Part shown: in pieces, positions 46,362 to 56,788 of the stretch | Position numbering within the stretch: the stretch's first letter is position 1 | How the letters are laid out: the number at the start of each line of letters is the position of its first letter | Assembly: GCA_050250895.1 (NCBI GenBank) | Contig: JBFWNU010000003.1 | Location: forward strand, 1 to 64,000 | Length of the DNA: 64,000 bases | Source: Vulcanimicrobiota bacterium | GTDB taxonomy: Bacteria > Vulcanimicrobiota > Xenobia > Xenobiales > JADMJV01 | Reading direction: 5' to 3' | Translations under genes and position numbers: made by a program | The notes under the pieces: generated by a model | Seen by the model: the letters and a program-made list of their open reading frames with translations, nothing else | Told to the model about the DNA's origin: nothing | Databases searched by the model: none

Positions 46362-47818
46362 GACTTTTCCTCGGCTTGAGGCAGCACCACCGTGCCGCCC
46401 TCACGCAGGCCCGGCGCGCCGCGTTTGACCACCGACTGGCCGGGCTTGAGACCGTCGACGCGAATGGCCACCTGGGCGCCGGCCTCGGCTACCAGTTCCA
46501 CCTGGTGGGCGTGGGCCTTCTGTTCGGCATCGACGGTGAACAGCGACCAGCCCTCGGGTTGGCGCACCAGGGCGTCGCGCTCTACCACCAGATAGCTGCC
46601 CTCGGCCGGGATCAAAAGCTCACCGGCGATACTCATGCCGGGCAGCAGCCGGTCGCTGGTCCCCGAGACCCGGATGGTCTGACCACGGGTGCGATCCTCG
46701 GCCGCCTGAACCACCGCCTCGACCTTTCCTTTCCCCTCCCAGTCACTCAGAGACGCGGTCTTGAGCAACACGGTCATACCGGGCTTGACCTCACCCAGCA
46801 AGCGCTCGGGCACCTGAAAGAAGACATCCACCTCGGGGCTGGTCACGGTCAGGGCGGGGTCGCCCACCGAAACTCGGTCGCCCGGGCTGATCTGGCGTTG
46901 CGAGACGGTGCCCTCGACGGTGCTGGTGATCTCGGTCCGACTCACCGACAGCTGGGCCTGCTCCAGCTGGGCTCGCATCGCCTCGACCGCGTTGCGTTGG
47001 GCCGCGATGACCTCGCTGCGCGGTCCTTCCAGGGCTTCGTTATAGGCCGCTCGGGCTTTGGCGGTCTGGCTGCGGGCGTCGGCCAGATCGGCTTCGGCTC
47101 GCAATTCGTCGCGCCGATTTTCGGTGCTTTGGCCCGAGAAGGCGTGGTCGGCCCGCAACCGTTCGCCCCGGGCTGCGTCCAGGGCGGCTCGCACGCTGAC
47201 CAGTTGGCGTTCGGGCACGGCGCCTTGCTCGACCAGCTTCTCGGTGCGCTCCAGGTTGTCCTGAGCGTCACGCTCGCGCGCCTGGGCCGAATAGGCCTCG
47301 GCTTGTTTTTGGGCCAACAGGGTGGGGGCCAGCTTCTTGACGCTTTCGAGGTTGGCCTCGGCCTCTTTCTCGCGCGCCTCGGCGGCGTCGAGTTCGGCCT
47401 TGCGTTGCTCCATGACTTCGGGTCGGGTGCCTTCGATCAGTTCGCTCAAGCGGCTCTCGGCCTCGGCCAGCCGGGCTCGGACCTGGGCCGCCTGCAGGAC
47501 CTGGTCCGAGCCCTCGAGAGTGGCCACCGGGGCGCCTTCGTGGACCTGGTCCCCCTCTTCGACCAGCACGCGGGCAACCACGCCCTCGACCTGGCTACGG
47601 ATCACTGCCCGGGCGCGCGAGCGCGCGTCGCCGGTCAACTTGATCCGGCTGAAGAACTGCTCCTGGCGCAGTTCGGTCAAGACAACGGGGGTCGGGGGAG
47701 GGCCGCCATGGCCGCCGGGGCCCCCGCCCGAAAAGTGTCGATAGAGGCCGCGGCCGCCGAGGAGCAAGACAATCAAGCCCACGACGCCGGCCAGCATTCG
47801 CTTGAGGTGGTCACTCAT
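46358..47818 (-). CDS. RND membrane fusion protein (periplasmic adaptor)
   Basis: N-terminal TM, lipoyl halves (VEEGDQV), long coiled coil; overlaps the permease start. Confidence 0.9.
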   Translation of the reverse strand: MSDHLKRMLAGVVGLIVLLLGGRGLYRHFSGGGPGGHGGPPPTPVVLTELRQEQFFSRIKLTGDARSRARAVIRSQVEGVVARVLVEEGDQVHEGAPVATLEGSDQVLQAAQVRARLAEAESRLSELIEGTRPEVMEQRKAELDAAEAREKEAEANLESVKKLAPTLLAQKQAEAYSAQARERDAQDNLERTEKLVEQGAVPERQLVSVRAALDAARGERLRADHAFSGQSTENRRDELRAEADLADARSQTAKARAAYNEALEGPRSEVIAAQRNAVEAMRAQLEQAQLSVSRTEITSTVEGTVSQRQISPGDRVSVGDPALTVTSPEVDVFFQVPERLLGEVKPGMTVLLKTASLSDWEGKGKVEAVVQAAEDRTRGQTIRVSGTSDRLLPGMSIAGELLIPAEGSYLVVERDALVRQPEGWSLFTVDAEQKAHAHQVELVAEAGAQVAIRVDGLKPGQSVVKRGAPGLREGGTVVLPQAEEKS

Positions 47819-47939
47819 GGGTGAGGCCCTTTCTGGCTTCAATCGGGATCTCCTCGGTTTATTTTACCGAGTGGTCAACTTGCGCCCCTGTTAACCTCGC
47901 CTCAACTTACCCAACCCTGGCCGGTGCTATGCTCCTACC

Positions 47940-48299
47940 ATGCTCATCTCCGCCTGTCCGAGGCCTACCGCCTCGGCTATTCCCGTTCGGCGTCCTGCAC
48001 CCGGCGCCGCGCTGGTCGCCGGGGCCGGGGCCGTCGGCGCTGCCGGGTTGGCCGCCCTCGATGTGACCGTTAGCGACAAGTTCAAGCATGGAGGCATCTG
48101 TTTTGCGGCCACCGTCGGGCTGGGACGGCTCGGGCTCAAGCCTGAACTGGCCGCGGGCGCGGTCTTTGCCGGGGCCACCATCGGCAAGGAAGTCGTGCTG
48201 GACCGGCTGTTGGGCCTGGGCAATCCCAGCCTCTTTGATGCCTCGGCCAATCTGGCCGGCTGCCTGGCCGGCTACGCCACCCTGAAGCTGATCGATTGA
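47940..48299 (+). CDS. YfiM/VanZ-like small membrane protein
   Basis: DKFKH...GKE..D...D..AN..G pattern; leaderless TATGCT-N6-ATG. Confidence 0.6.
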   Translation: MLISACPRPTASAIPVRRPAPGAALVAGAGAVGAAGLAALDVTVSDKFKHGGICFAATVGLGRLGLKPELAAGAVFAGATIGKEVVLDRLLGLGNPSLFDASANLAGCLAGYATLKLID

Positions 48300-48402
48300 G
48301 GCTGGGCCGATGCCTTAGTCGGATAGGGAAGAACCTGATTTTCTGTCGGACGATAAGATAGGACTACCGAGGGCAAAAAGCGAAGCGAACACGGGGAGCC
48401 AG

Positions 48403-50586
48403 GTGGGGGAAATCACTCAAAAATCTCAACTCTCGGACATCCTCTTTGAGCACTCTAGAGACGGGTTGCTCGTGGTGGATTTCAGCGGCCGTGTTTGCCA
48501 GGCCAACCCCCGTGCCTGTACTCTGTTGGGGGCCGGCCTCGAGGGGCTACTGGGAGCCCAGATCGAAGAGCTGGCCCTGGCCGGTCCGGACGGGGCTCTC
48601 AACGTTCGGAGGGTGGCAGGAACCGAGGGCGAGGTCTATTTCTTGGCTCCCCGCTCTGACCTGCCCGAGCTAGAGCGGCTAAAAACCGTGGTCGAGAACC
48701 TCAACGAGGGACTCATCTTTGCCGATGCTTCGAGCAACGTGTTTTATTGGAACCGCGCCGCCATCGAATTGCACGGATTTCCCAGCAGCGAAGAGTGCTA
48801 CCGCACTTTGCCCGAGTTCGAAGAGATCTATGAGCTTCGCGAGCTCGGAGGGCGAGTGCTCAGCCTCGACGATTGGCCTATGGCACGGCTGTTGCGGGGC
48901 GAGAAGGTCCACCGTCTCGACCTCGAACTGCGACGTCGCGACCAGGATTGGCAACGCTGTTTTCGTTACTCGGGTAACCACGTCCTCAGTGAGACCGGCC
49001 GCAGCTATGTCTTTTTGACCTTGTCCGACATCTCTGGCCAGGTTCACATCGAGCGGCAACTGCGTCGCGAGCGGGAGCGCTTCGAGAAGCTGGTTTTGAC
49101 GGTGCCCGGAGTGGTTCACACCTTCAAAGAGGACCCCGACGGCCATGTCAGCTTTCCCTTCGCCAGTCCGGCCATCGAGGACATTTACGGGCTCACACCC
49201 GCGCAGCTCAAAGAGGACGGGGCCGTGGTGTCTCTGTGGCACCCCGAGGATGTGGATCGGATCCTGACCACCGTCGCGGCGTCGCGAGAGAAGTGGACAG
49301 CCTGGCACCAGGAGTTCAGGGTGATTCACCCCGACCGCGGGGTGGTCTGGGTGGAGGGTCACTCGCTGCCGCGGAAAGGGCCTGACGGCAGCGTCATCTG
49401 GTCCGGGGTTCTGCTCGATGTCACCGAGCGAAAGCTGAGCGAGGCCAAGCAACGGCAGCTCGAAGCCCAGCTGCGACACGCCCAGAAGATGGAGTCGGTG
49501 GGGCGGCTGGCCGGCGGGGTCGCCCACGATTTCAACAACTTCCTCACCGTCATCCAGATGTATTCCGAGCTCTTGCTGGCCGACGGAAGTTTCACCGGGC
49601 TAAACCGCGAGGGCCTGCAAGAGATCCGCAAAGCTGGCGAGCGAGCGGCGGCCCTAACTCGCCAGTTGCTGATGTTCTCTCGCCGACAGCTCATCGAGCC
49701 TCGCGTGCTCGACGCCAACCAGCTACTCGCAGACCTCGAGCGGATGCTCAGTCGCCTGATCGGCGAGAACATTGCCGTCGAGATTGAACTGGCCGAAGAG
49801 CTCTGGCCCGTCGAGGTCGACGCTGGTGGGCTCGAGCAAGCCGTGGTCAACTTGATCGTCAACGCCCGCGACGCCATGCCCCAAGGTGGATGTCTGCGGC
49901 TGCAAACCCGCAACGTGCCGGGATGTCCCGACGGCATCGAGATCGTGATTACCGATGACGGTGAAGGGATGGAAGCGGCCACTCAGGCCCGAATTTTCGA
50001 ACCGTTCTTCACCACCAAGGCTCAGGGTCAGGGCACGGGGCTCGGTCTCTCCACCGTCTACGGGGTGGTCCAACAGGCCAGCGGGCGGGTCACGGTAGAG
50101 AGCCGGGTGGGAGAGGGAGCCAGTTTTACGATCTGGTTGCCGGCCAGCGCCAGCCGCCCGGAACCGGCCACCGGCCAGGCCGAAGCACCCAGCGACACGG
50201 GGGCCGAGACGATTCTGGTGGTCGAGGATGACGACGCCGTGCGCCACCTGCTCGAACTCATGCTCGGCCGGCTCGGCTACAAGGTCTTGCTCGCCTACGA
50301 CGGGGTCCACGCTCTCGAACTCGCCGAGCAATATCCCGCAACGATTCATTTGCTCCTGACCGACCTCGTCATGCCTCGCCTGGGAGGACGCCACCTGGCC
50401 GAGCGGTTGGTTCAGCAAAGACCCGACTTGAGGGTCCTGTTCATGTCCGGCTACACCGATGACGAGGTCATTCGCGTGGGGATGCTCGAGTCTGATGTGG
50501 ACCTCGTGGTCAAGCCCTTCCGGGCCGGCGAGCTGGCCTCGCGGGTGCGCCGGATGCTCGATCAGCCGAGCGTGACCAGCTGGTAG
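48403..50586 (+). CDS. PAS-domain hybrid histidine kinase/receiver (CckA-like)
   Basis: AHDFNNFL, NARDAM, FFTTK and GTGLGL motifs; C-terminal REC. Confidence 0.93.
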   Translation: MGEITQKSQLSDILFEHSRDGLLVVDFSGRVCQANPRACTLLGAGLEGLLGAQIEELALAGPDGALNVRRVAGTEGEVYFLAPRSDLPELERLKTVVENLNEGLIFADASSNVFYWNRAAIELHGFPSSEECYRTLPEFEEIYELRELGGRVLSLDDWPMARLLRGEKVHRLDLELRRRDQDWQRCFRYSGNHVLSETGRSYVFLTLSDISGQVHIERQLRRERERFEKLVLTVPGVVHTFKEDPDGHVSFPFASPAIEDIYGLTPAQLKEDGAVVSLWHPEDVDRILTTVAASREKWTAWHQEFRVIHPDRGVVWVEGHSLPRKGPDGSVIWSGVLLDVTERKLSEAKQRQLEAQLRHAQKMESVGRLAGGVAHDFNNFLTVIQMYSELLLADGSFTGLNREGLQEIRKAGERAAALTRQLLMFSRRQLIEPRVLDANQLLADLERMLSRLIGENIAVEIELAEELWPVEVDAGGLEQAVVNLIVNARDAMPQGGCLRLQTRNVPGCPDGIEIVITDDGEGMEAATQARIFEPFFTTKAQGQGTGLGLSTVYGVVQQASGRVTVESRVGEGASFTIWLPASASRPEPATGQAEAPSDTGAETILVVEDDDAVRHLLELMLGRLGYKVLLAYDGVHALELAEQYPATIHLLLTDLVMPRLGGRHLAERLVQQRPDLRVLFMSGYTDDEVIRVGMLESDVDLVVKPFRAGELASRVRRMLDQPSVTSW

Positions 50587-51344
50587 GCCCGGGCCAGAAG
50601 CCTGCCCTGGCGACTCCACAGACAGGCCTGCTCTTCAGCGTAGCCGGCCGCCAGACTGGGGCAGGTGGCCTCGAACAGAAGCCAATCCTCCGCGGGTAGC
50701 TGATCGCACAGAAAGTGATAGGTGAGTTCGGCCGTGGCCGCTTTGATGGGCTGGTCATAGAGGGGCAGCACCGCCGGCGGCCAGGCATCGAGCAGGGCGC
50801 ACAGGCCCACGAAGTCGGGAAAACGAGGCTCGCGCCAGCGGATCCAACCACCCAACCGGCCCTGGTCGGCGCCGGTATAGGGCATGGCCCCCAGGGCGGG
50901 CCGATAGTCGAGATGTTGGGTGAAGGTGGGCATCATAGGGCTGGCCGGGGGCGGGGCCAGGGCTTCGGGAGGGGGCACTGAGGGCGCCGGCTCAGCCTGC
51001 TTGACCCGCTCGTCGGCCCGACTCAAGCCGAAGGTGGCCAGAGCCTGGGCCACCAATCCGTGCTGGTCGTGGATGCTTCCCATGAGCATCTGGGTCCGGG
51101 TCCCCTGGCGGGCCAGCCGAGCCTCGACCCGAGCTGGTCCGGGGGCGGCTGGCGCGCAAAATTGGACGGTGAGGGAGCGCGGGCGGCCCAGGCTGGCCCG
51201 TTGGTCAAAGGCCTTGAGCAGAAGGGCTGATAACAGTCCTCCATAGACGCCCCGCCCGATGGACCAGCTGGCATCGAGTTGCACTAAAAATTCAACATCG
51301 TCTTTTGAAGTCAGCTGCGTGGCCTGGTCAAAGCTCGTAGGCAT
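50562..51344 (-). CDS. Acyl-CoA thioesterase family (TesB-like double hotdog)
   Basis: GRGVYGGL and ALLDAWPP motifs. Confidence 0.85.
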   Translation of the reverse strand: MPTSFDQATQLTSKDDVEFLVQLDASWSIGRGVYGGLLSALLLKAFDQRASLGRPRSLTVQFCAPAAPGPARVEARLARQGTRTQMLMGSIHDQHGLVAQALATFGLSRADERVKQAEPAPSVPPPEALAPPPASPMMPTFTQHLDYRPALGAMPYTGADQGRLGGWIRWREPRFPDFVGLCALLDAWPPAVLPLYDQPIKAATAELTYHFLCDQLPAEDWLLFEATCPSLAAGYAEEQACLWSRQGRLLARAYQLVTLG

Positions 51345-51389
51345 AAAGGTTTCCTCCTGGCGAGGGGCGGGTCTGGTCTCTGGCTGGAG

Positions 51390-51453
51390 TTAACAAGCTG
51401 TTAACAAGTTTTGGTCTTTTGGGGAACTTTCGGAGAAGGTCACCGGCTAGAGT
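51390..51453 (+). promoter_or_regulatory. TTAACAA-N4-TTAACAA direct repeat plus TAGAGT -10 (leaderless)
   Basis: Boxes at 51390-51396 and 51401-51407, -10 at 51448-51453, ATG at 51460. Confidence 0.55.
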
Positions 51454-51459
51454 AGGCCT

Positions 51460-52134
51460 ATGAGTTCCCTCGAAATGGTCCGCAACGAAATCGCCCGCAC
51501 CTGTATTCTTTCTGGCCGTTCACCAGATTCGGTCCGTATTCTGGTCGACGCCCGTCGGCGCGAGGTCGAAGAGCTAGCTCGGCTGCGAGGCCTGGAAGAC
51601 GTGGTCGTCGGCACCGTCGACGGAGCCCGGCTGCTGGCCCGCAAGCTCCCGGGAATGCGCTGGCACATGCTCAAGAACCTGCACGCCAACAAAGCTTTTC
51701 TAGCGGTTTCGATGTTAGACCATGTGCACGGAGTCAGCAAGTTGTGCACCCTGATTCGTCTCGAGGAGCATTGCGCCAAGAAAGGCGAAAGCATCGCCGT
51801 ATCGGTCAAGATCGCCATGACGGGCAAAGCCAAAGGGTTAGCTCCCGAAAAGCTCGAGGAATTTCTCCAGCAGGCCGCCGCGCTCGGGCTAAAACACGTC
51901 AGCATCGCCGGACTTTCCACCCGACTTGAGGACGGTCTGCGTCCGGTCGAGCGCCGCCAGGCCTACGCAAGCATGCGCAAGTTGCTCGAACAAGCCCGCT
52001 GCCAGCACCCCAAGCTGGTGGTGGGAAGAGAATTGACCATGGGCGACGACCGCGATTATACCGTGGCCGTCGAAGAGGGAGCCACGCGCGTGGTGGTCGA
52101 GGATGTCTTTGGCCAGATGGCCATGGCCTGCTGA
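51460..52134 (+). CDS. Divergent YggS/PLPBP-like protein
   Basis: GRSPDSVRI, WHMLKNLHANK and LTMGDDRDYTVAVEEGAT resemble YggS motifs. Confidence 0.75.
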   Translation: MSSLEMVRNEIARTCILSGRSPDSVRILVDARRREVEELARLRGLEDVVVGTVDGARLLARKLPGMRWHMLKNLHANKAFLAVSMLDHVHGVSKLCTLIRLEEHCAKKGESIAVSVKIAMTGKAKGLAPEKLEEFLQQAAALGLKHVSIAGLSTRLEDGLRPVERRQAYASMRKLLEQARCQHPKLVVGRELTMGDDRDYTVAVEEGATRVVVEDVFGQMAMAC

Positions 52135-52174
52135 TTTTCAGCGCGCTTTCAGCCTGAGATTCTAGGCTCGGAGC

Positions 52175-53104
52175 ATGCAGGTTTCTGGGCCCATCCCTCG
52201 TCGCGCGGCCTCACTCCAAAGAGTGGCACCTCCGCGCGCCCATTCGGCCCAGCCCGACGAGCCTCCCCAGGAGACCTACGTTCCGTCGCCAGCGGTGGCT
52301 GCTCCTGAGCCTCGTTCAAAGAGCCTGCTCGGGCGCGGCGGGGCCGGCCTGCTGGCGGCTCTGTCTCTGGCCGGGGGCCTGGTGGGGCTGACCGGCTGCA
52401 GCCCGTCGCCTCCCAGCGAGGGCCCCAAGACCTCGGTGTCGACCGACTTGAGCTATTATTACATGTCCACCGAGGCCGAGCAGCAGCTGGGCCAGCGGGT
52501 CGTGGCCAACATCGAAAGCAAGGTCCCCCTCTGGCCCAACGCCCAGGCCCAGCAGCGATTGGACCGGTTGGCGGCGCGTCTGACGCCGTTCTCGTTGCGC
52601 CACGACCTGGACTACACCTTCAAGTTGCTCGATAGTCCCGAGGTCAATGCCATGGCCGCCCCCGGCGGCACCATCTACGTAACTCGCGGTCTCTACGAAC
52701 GCTTCCAGAAAGACGAGCACTTGCTCTTCATCCTCGGCCACGAGATGGGTCACGTCGAGCATCGCCACAGCATCAAGCAACTGGGCAAAGCCACCCTGCT
52801 CGATATCGTGGTCCAGTTGACCACCGATAGTCGCGACAGCTCGGGCACCCTCGGCCGGGCCGTTGAAGCCATCTTGAATAACAAGATCAGCCAATCCGAC
52901 GAGCACGAATCGGACCGAACCGGTCAGGCCCACCTGATCCAGATGGGCATCAATCCGTGGCATGCTGTCGACGCGATGAAGCTGTTATCCGACGGGCACG
53001 AAGCCGAGCCGGCCATCGTAACCGAGATTTTCGGCTCACACCCGCCTACGGCCGAGCGGGTCCAAGAGCTGACCAAAGGGGCCAGCGACTACGAACCCCT
53101 ATAA
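52175..53104 (+). CDS. M48-family metallopeptidase
   Basis: [19 protein letters not shown] and SHP motifs. Confidence 0.88.
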   Translation: MQVSGPIPRRAASLQRVAPPRAHSAQPDEPPQETYVPSPAVAAPEPRSKSLLGRGGAGLLAALSLAGGLVGLTGCSPSPPSEGPKTSVSTDLSYYYMSTEAEQQLGQRVVANIESKVPLWPNAQAQQRLDRLAARLTPFSLRHDLDYTFKLLDSPEVNAMAAPGGTIYVTRGLYERFQKDEHLLFILGHEMGHVEHRHSIKQLGKATLLDIVVQLTTDSRDSSGTLGRAVEAILNNKISQSDEHESDRTGQAHLIQMGINPWHAVDAMKLLSDGHEAEPAIVTEIFGSHPPTAERVQELTKGASDYEPL

Positions 53105-54076
53105 CAGTGCCATGACGGCTTCGCGTTCTTCACGTAGCTCTTGCTCGGTGGCCTGCATCTGACCTTTGCTGAAGTCGTCAAGGTCAAGCCCGGTCACGAT
53201 CGAGTAGTCGCCGTTCTTGCAGGTGCAGGGGAAGGAGTAGATAACGCCTTCTTTGATGCCGTAGCTGCCGTCCGAGGGCACGGCCATACTGACCCAATCT
53301 CCCTCACTGGTGCCCAAAGCCCAGCTGCGCATGTGGTCGATGGCGGCCGAGGCGGCTGAGGCGGCCGAAGAGGCCCCGCGGGCGGCAATGATGGCAGCGC
53401 CACGCTTTTGCACGGTGGGAATGAAGGTGTCGCGATACCAACCCTGATCGACCAAATCACTGGCCTTCTTGCCATCGACGGTGGTGTGGCTGATGTCGGG
53501 GTACTGGGTCGAGGAGTGATTGCCCCAGATGGTCATCTTACGAATCTTGCTGTGGTGAACTCCCGTTTTCTCGGCCAGTTGCGACAGGGCCCGATTGTGG
53601 TCCAGGCGAGTCATTGCGGTGAACTGGCGACGATCGAGTTTGGGGGCGTTGGCGGCCGCGATGAGGGCGTTGGTGTTGGCCGGATTGCCGACCACCAGCA
53701 CTTTGACATCGCCGGAGGAGTGGTCGTTGATGGCCCTGCCCTGAGGGCCGAAAATCTTGCCATTGGCGTCGAGCAGGTCGTTGCGCTCCATTCCCGGGCC
53801 ACGGGGGCGGGCACCCACGAGCAGAGCGAAGTCGACCTCTTGAAAGCCCTCCGTCAGCTCCGAAGTGGCCACGACCTCTTGCAGGAGCGGGAAGGCGCAG
53901 TCATTGAGTTCCATTACCACACCGCCGAGTGCGCCCATGGCGGGGGGAATCTCGATCAGGTGAAGGATCACGGGTTGATCGGCTCCGAGCATGTCCCCAG
54001 CGGCGATGCGAAAGGCCAGGGCGTAGCCGATATTGCCAGCTGCTCCGGTGATGGCTACTCGAACGGGTTTTTTCAT
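53099..54076 (-). CDS. mdh: Malate dehydrogenase
   Basis: [25 protein letters not shown] and WGNHS motifs. Confidence 0.96.
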   Translation of the reverse strand: MKKPVRVAITGAAGNIGYALAFRIAAGDMLGADQPVILHLIEIPPAMGALGGVVMELNDCAFPLLQEVVATSELTEGFQEVDFALLVGARPRGPGMERNDLLDANGKIFGPQGRAINDHSSGDVKVLVVGNPANTNALIAAANAPKLDRRQFTAMTRLDHNRALSQLAEKTGVHHSKIRKMTIWGNHSSTQYPDISHTTVDGKKASDLVDQGWYRDTFIPTVQKRGAAIIAARGASSAASAASAAIDHMRSWALGTSEGDWVSMAVPSDGSYGIKEGVIYSFPCTCKNGDYSIVTGLDLDDFSKGQMQATEQELREEREAVMALL

Positions 54077-54153
54077 TGTCGCTCCTCAAGAAGTTTCAAA
54101 ATTGTGCCCCCCGCTTCTCCGCGGGGTGACGAAGCCCTTTAGGAAATAGCGAG

Positions 54154-54591
54154 TTGGCCGATGACCTGAGGGTGGATGACTACCGACTACCGGTCATGGC
54201 CGCCTGCCGCTACGCCCTGGCCACCCTCTGTGGCCGGCCCGTGCATTCCGCGTATGGCGTCACTGGCGACATGGCAACGGTGATCGAGGTGGCCGGGCAA
54301 CCGGGCGTCAGGGTTTGGATGCAGGCCGATTCGCGGGCCCTGGCCCACCTCTATGAACTGGCCCTGGGACTGGCTCCAGACGAGCACGAAGTGGTCGATT
54401 TTCTGGGTGAGCTGGCCAATCAGACGCTGGGGCCGGCGGCCTTGATCATGCCCGGCGTCGAACCCACCCAGTTGAGCCTACCCCGCCCGGTCCCATCGCA
54501 TGAGGTTCCGGCCGGTGGCGAGGCGGTCGAGGTCGACGGCTGTCCCATGCGGGTGGTCGTAGAAAGGCTCGTTCCGGCCCCGCTGGGTTGA
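54154..54591 (+). CDS. CheX-like phosphatase domain protein
   Basis: DFLGELANQTLG and LSLP motifs. Confidence 0.55.
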   Translation: MADDLRVDDYRLPVMAACRYALATLCGRPVHSAYGVTGDMATVIEVAGQPGVRVWMQADSRALAHLYELALGLAPDEHEVVDFLGELANQTLGPAALIMPGVEPTQLSLPRPVPSHEVPAGGEAVEVDGCPMRVVVERLVPAPLG

Positions 54592-54652
54592 ATTTCGGTC
54601 GGGGCAAGGGCCTGAGGGGGGCGGGGCGAAATCCTTAAGGGGGAGGGCTTCC

Positions 54653-56731
54653 ATGCGGTCGCAAGACCAGTTTCCCCTGCTGGAATTGCTGCTCTTAGAG
54701 AACTACGAGCGACTGAAGGTCGTGGTCGGCAGCTTTCCTTTTGTCGCGCTGCTGGTCGCCTGGGTCCTGGCCGACTCTGTTCCTCCGCAAAACCTGGTTC
54801 TCTGGTTTTTGGCCGTGGTGGCGGTGACTTTGGCTACACTCTGGTCGAGCGTCGCCTTCAGCCGCCATCGCGAACGGCTGAGTTTGCGTAGCTGGCAGCG
54901 GCTGCGGGTGCTCTCTTCGGTCCTCAACGCCCTGGTCTGGGGAGGCGCCTCGGCCACGGTGCTCTACCCGGCCGACTTTGCTCAACAGGTATTTCTGTTG
55001 CTCCTGGTGGGCGGCACCACCGGCATCGCCGTGTCGAGCAGCGCCAGCTATCTGCCGGCTCTCTTGAGCTTTCAATTCCTCAACCTGCTTCCCCTGGCCG
55101 CTCGATTGTTGAGCGAGGGAGACCAACTCCATCTGAGCATGGCCGGGCTGGTGTTGAGTCACCTGGCCATCGTCGTAGTCATGGGGGTGCGCGTGCACAA
55201 GACCGTGGTGCGCGGCTTCGAACTCGAGCGAGTGAATGCCGAACTGGTAGGCCGTTTGCAGCAGGCTAACCAGACCCTCAATAGCAAAGTGGCAGAACGC
55301 ACCGTCGAACTCGAGCGCGCCCTGTCTGCTCGACTGGCTTCCGAGAGCCGCCTGGCTCGAATTCAGGTGCTGGTCGAGCTGATCGGGATGGGAATCCTGG
55401 TGGTCAAGCCGGAGACGCATCAAGTGGTCGACTCGAATCACGCGGCCTGGTCGCTTCTCGAGACCGAAGCTGTCTCGAACCTGGCCGAGCTGGAATTGGC
55501 CGGCGAGCTCGAAGGCTGGGATGGACAGACCCACAGCCGACTCTTCAAGCATCTGGAACTGACCCTTACCCGCCAGACCCTCGACGAGGGCGATTTCTTG
55601 CTGATCCTGTTGCGCGACGTCGGAGAACGCCTGCGCTGGGAGCGGCAGATGCGCCAGGCCCAAAAGATGCAGGCTCTGGGGCGGTTGGCGGGCGAGATGG
55701 CCCACGATTTCAACAACCTGCTGATGGCCATCACCGGTTTTGCCAGTTTTTTGGCCGAGTCCGACGACTCCCAGACCCATCACGACGCCTCCCAGATCCT
55801 GATGGCCTGTGAGCGGGGCAAGGCTCTTACCAGCCAGTTGCTGGTTTTCTCGAGCGACGCCTTCACGGCCCCACGGGTGATCGACCTCAACACCCACGTG
55901 CGCCAGCTCGATCAGATGTTACGCCGCCTGCTCGGCGAGCAGGTCGAACTGGTGACCTTATTGAGCGAGACCCCCTGTCCTGTCGAACTCGATCCGGGCC
56001 AGTTCGACCAGGTCATGCTCAACCTGGCACTTAATGCTCGGGCCGCCATGCATTCTCGCGGGGTGCTGACCATCCGGGTCTTCGACCAACAAGATACCGT
56101 GGTCGTCGAGGTGCAAGACGATGGGCCCGGTGTCCCCGAGGGCGACCGTGAACAGATCTTCGATCCCTTCTTCACCACCCGGCCGGGTGGGGCTGGGCTG
56201 GGTCTGGCCAGCTCCTTTGGCATTGTCAGGGGGGCTGGTGGTCAACTGAGTCTGGTCGACCACCACGGACGGGGGGCCATGTTCCGCATCACCCTGCCCA
56301 GGGCCAGCGGTCAGCCCGAGGCGGCTCCGGTGCCCGCCCCCGTCCCAGTGACCAAAGGCCCTGGCCAGGCCAGAATCCTGGTGGTTGAAGACCAGGAAGC
56401 AGTGTTGGCGGTGGTACGCCGGGGCCTCGAGAGCCAGGGATACGAAGTGGTCGCCGTCCACTCGGCCGAAGAGGCGCTGGCCTTGATTAAGGACCCCAGC
56501 AGCTTCGACATGCTCCTCTCGGACGTGATCTTGCCCAAGATGAGCGGGATCGAGCTCTACAAACAGCTCACGCAGAACAGCTGTGCCATCCCGACCCTGC
56601 TGATGAGCGGTTATGTCGATGCCAACCTGGTGGATATCCCCAACGCGCCTCGCCTGCTGCGCAAACCGTTTCAGCTGGTCGAGCTACTGGCGGCGGTGGC
56701 CGAGACTCTCGAGCAGGCCCCGCGGAGTTAA
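54653..56731 (+). CDS. Membrane-bound hybrid histidine kinase/receiver
   Basis: Multiple N-terminal TMs; [13 protein letters not shown] and GLGL motifs; REC. Confidence 0.92.
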   Translation: MRSQDQFPLLELLLLENYERLKVVVGSFPFVALLVAWVLADSVPPQNLVLWFLAVVAVTLATLWSSVAFSRHRERLSLRSWQRLRVLSSVLNALVWGGASATVLYPADFAQQVFLLLLVGGTTGIAVSSSASYLPALLSFQFLNLLPLAARLLSEGDQLHLSMAGLVLSHLAIVVVMGVRVHKTVVRGFELERVNAELVGRLQQANQTLNSKVAERTVELERALSARLASESRLARIQVLVELIGMGILVVKPETHQVVDSNHAAWSLLETEAVSNLAELELAGELEGWDGQTHSRLFKHLELTLTRQTLDEGDFLLILLRDVGERLRWERQMRQAQKMQALGRLAGEMAHDFNNLLMAITGFASFLAESDDSQTHHDASQILMACERGKALTSQLLVFSSDAFTAPRVIDLNTHVRQLDQMLRRLLGEQVELVTLLSETPCPVELDPGQFDQVMLNLALNARAAMHSRGVLTIRVFDQQDTVVVEVQDDGPGVPEGDREQIFDPFFTTRPGGAGLGLASSFGIVRGAGGQLSLVDHHGRGAMFRITLPRASGQPEAAPVPAPVPVTKGPGQARILVVEDQEAVLAVVRRGLESQGYEVVAVHSAEEALALIKDPSSFDMLLSDVILPKMSGIELYKQLTQNSCAIPTLLMSGYVDANLVDIPNAPRLLRKPFQLVELLAAVAETLEQAPRS

Positions 56732-56788
56732 CACCGCGGCAACCCCCCGGGGCGCTCCCCGGGTCAGGATGGCGCAAAGGAGTTCGCC

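Noticed and set aside
42930-47824. Long plus-strand ORFs (628, 381, 482 aa) over the RND genes
   Set aside because: Antisense shadows typical of high-GC coding DNA; no motifs.
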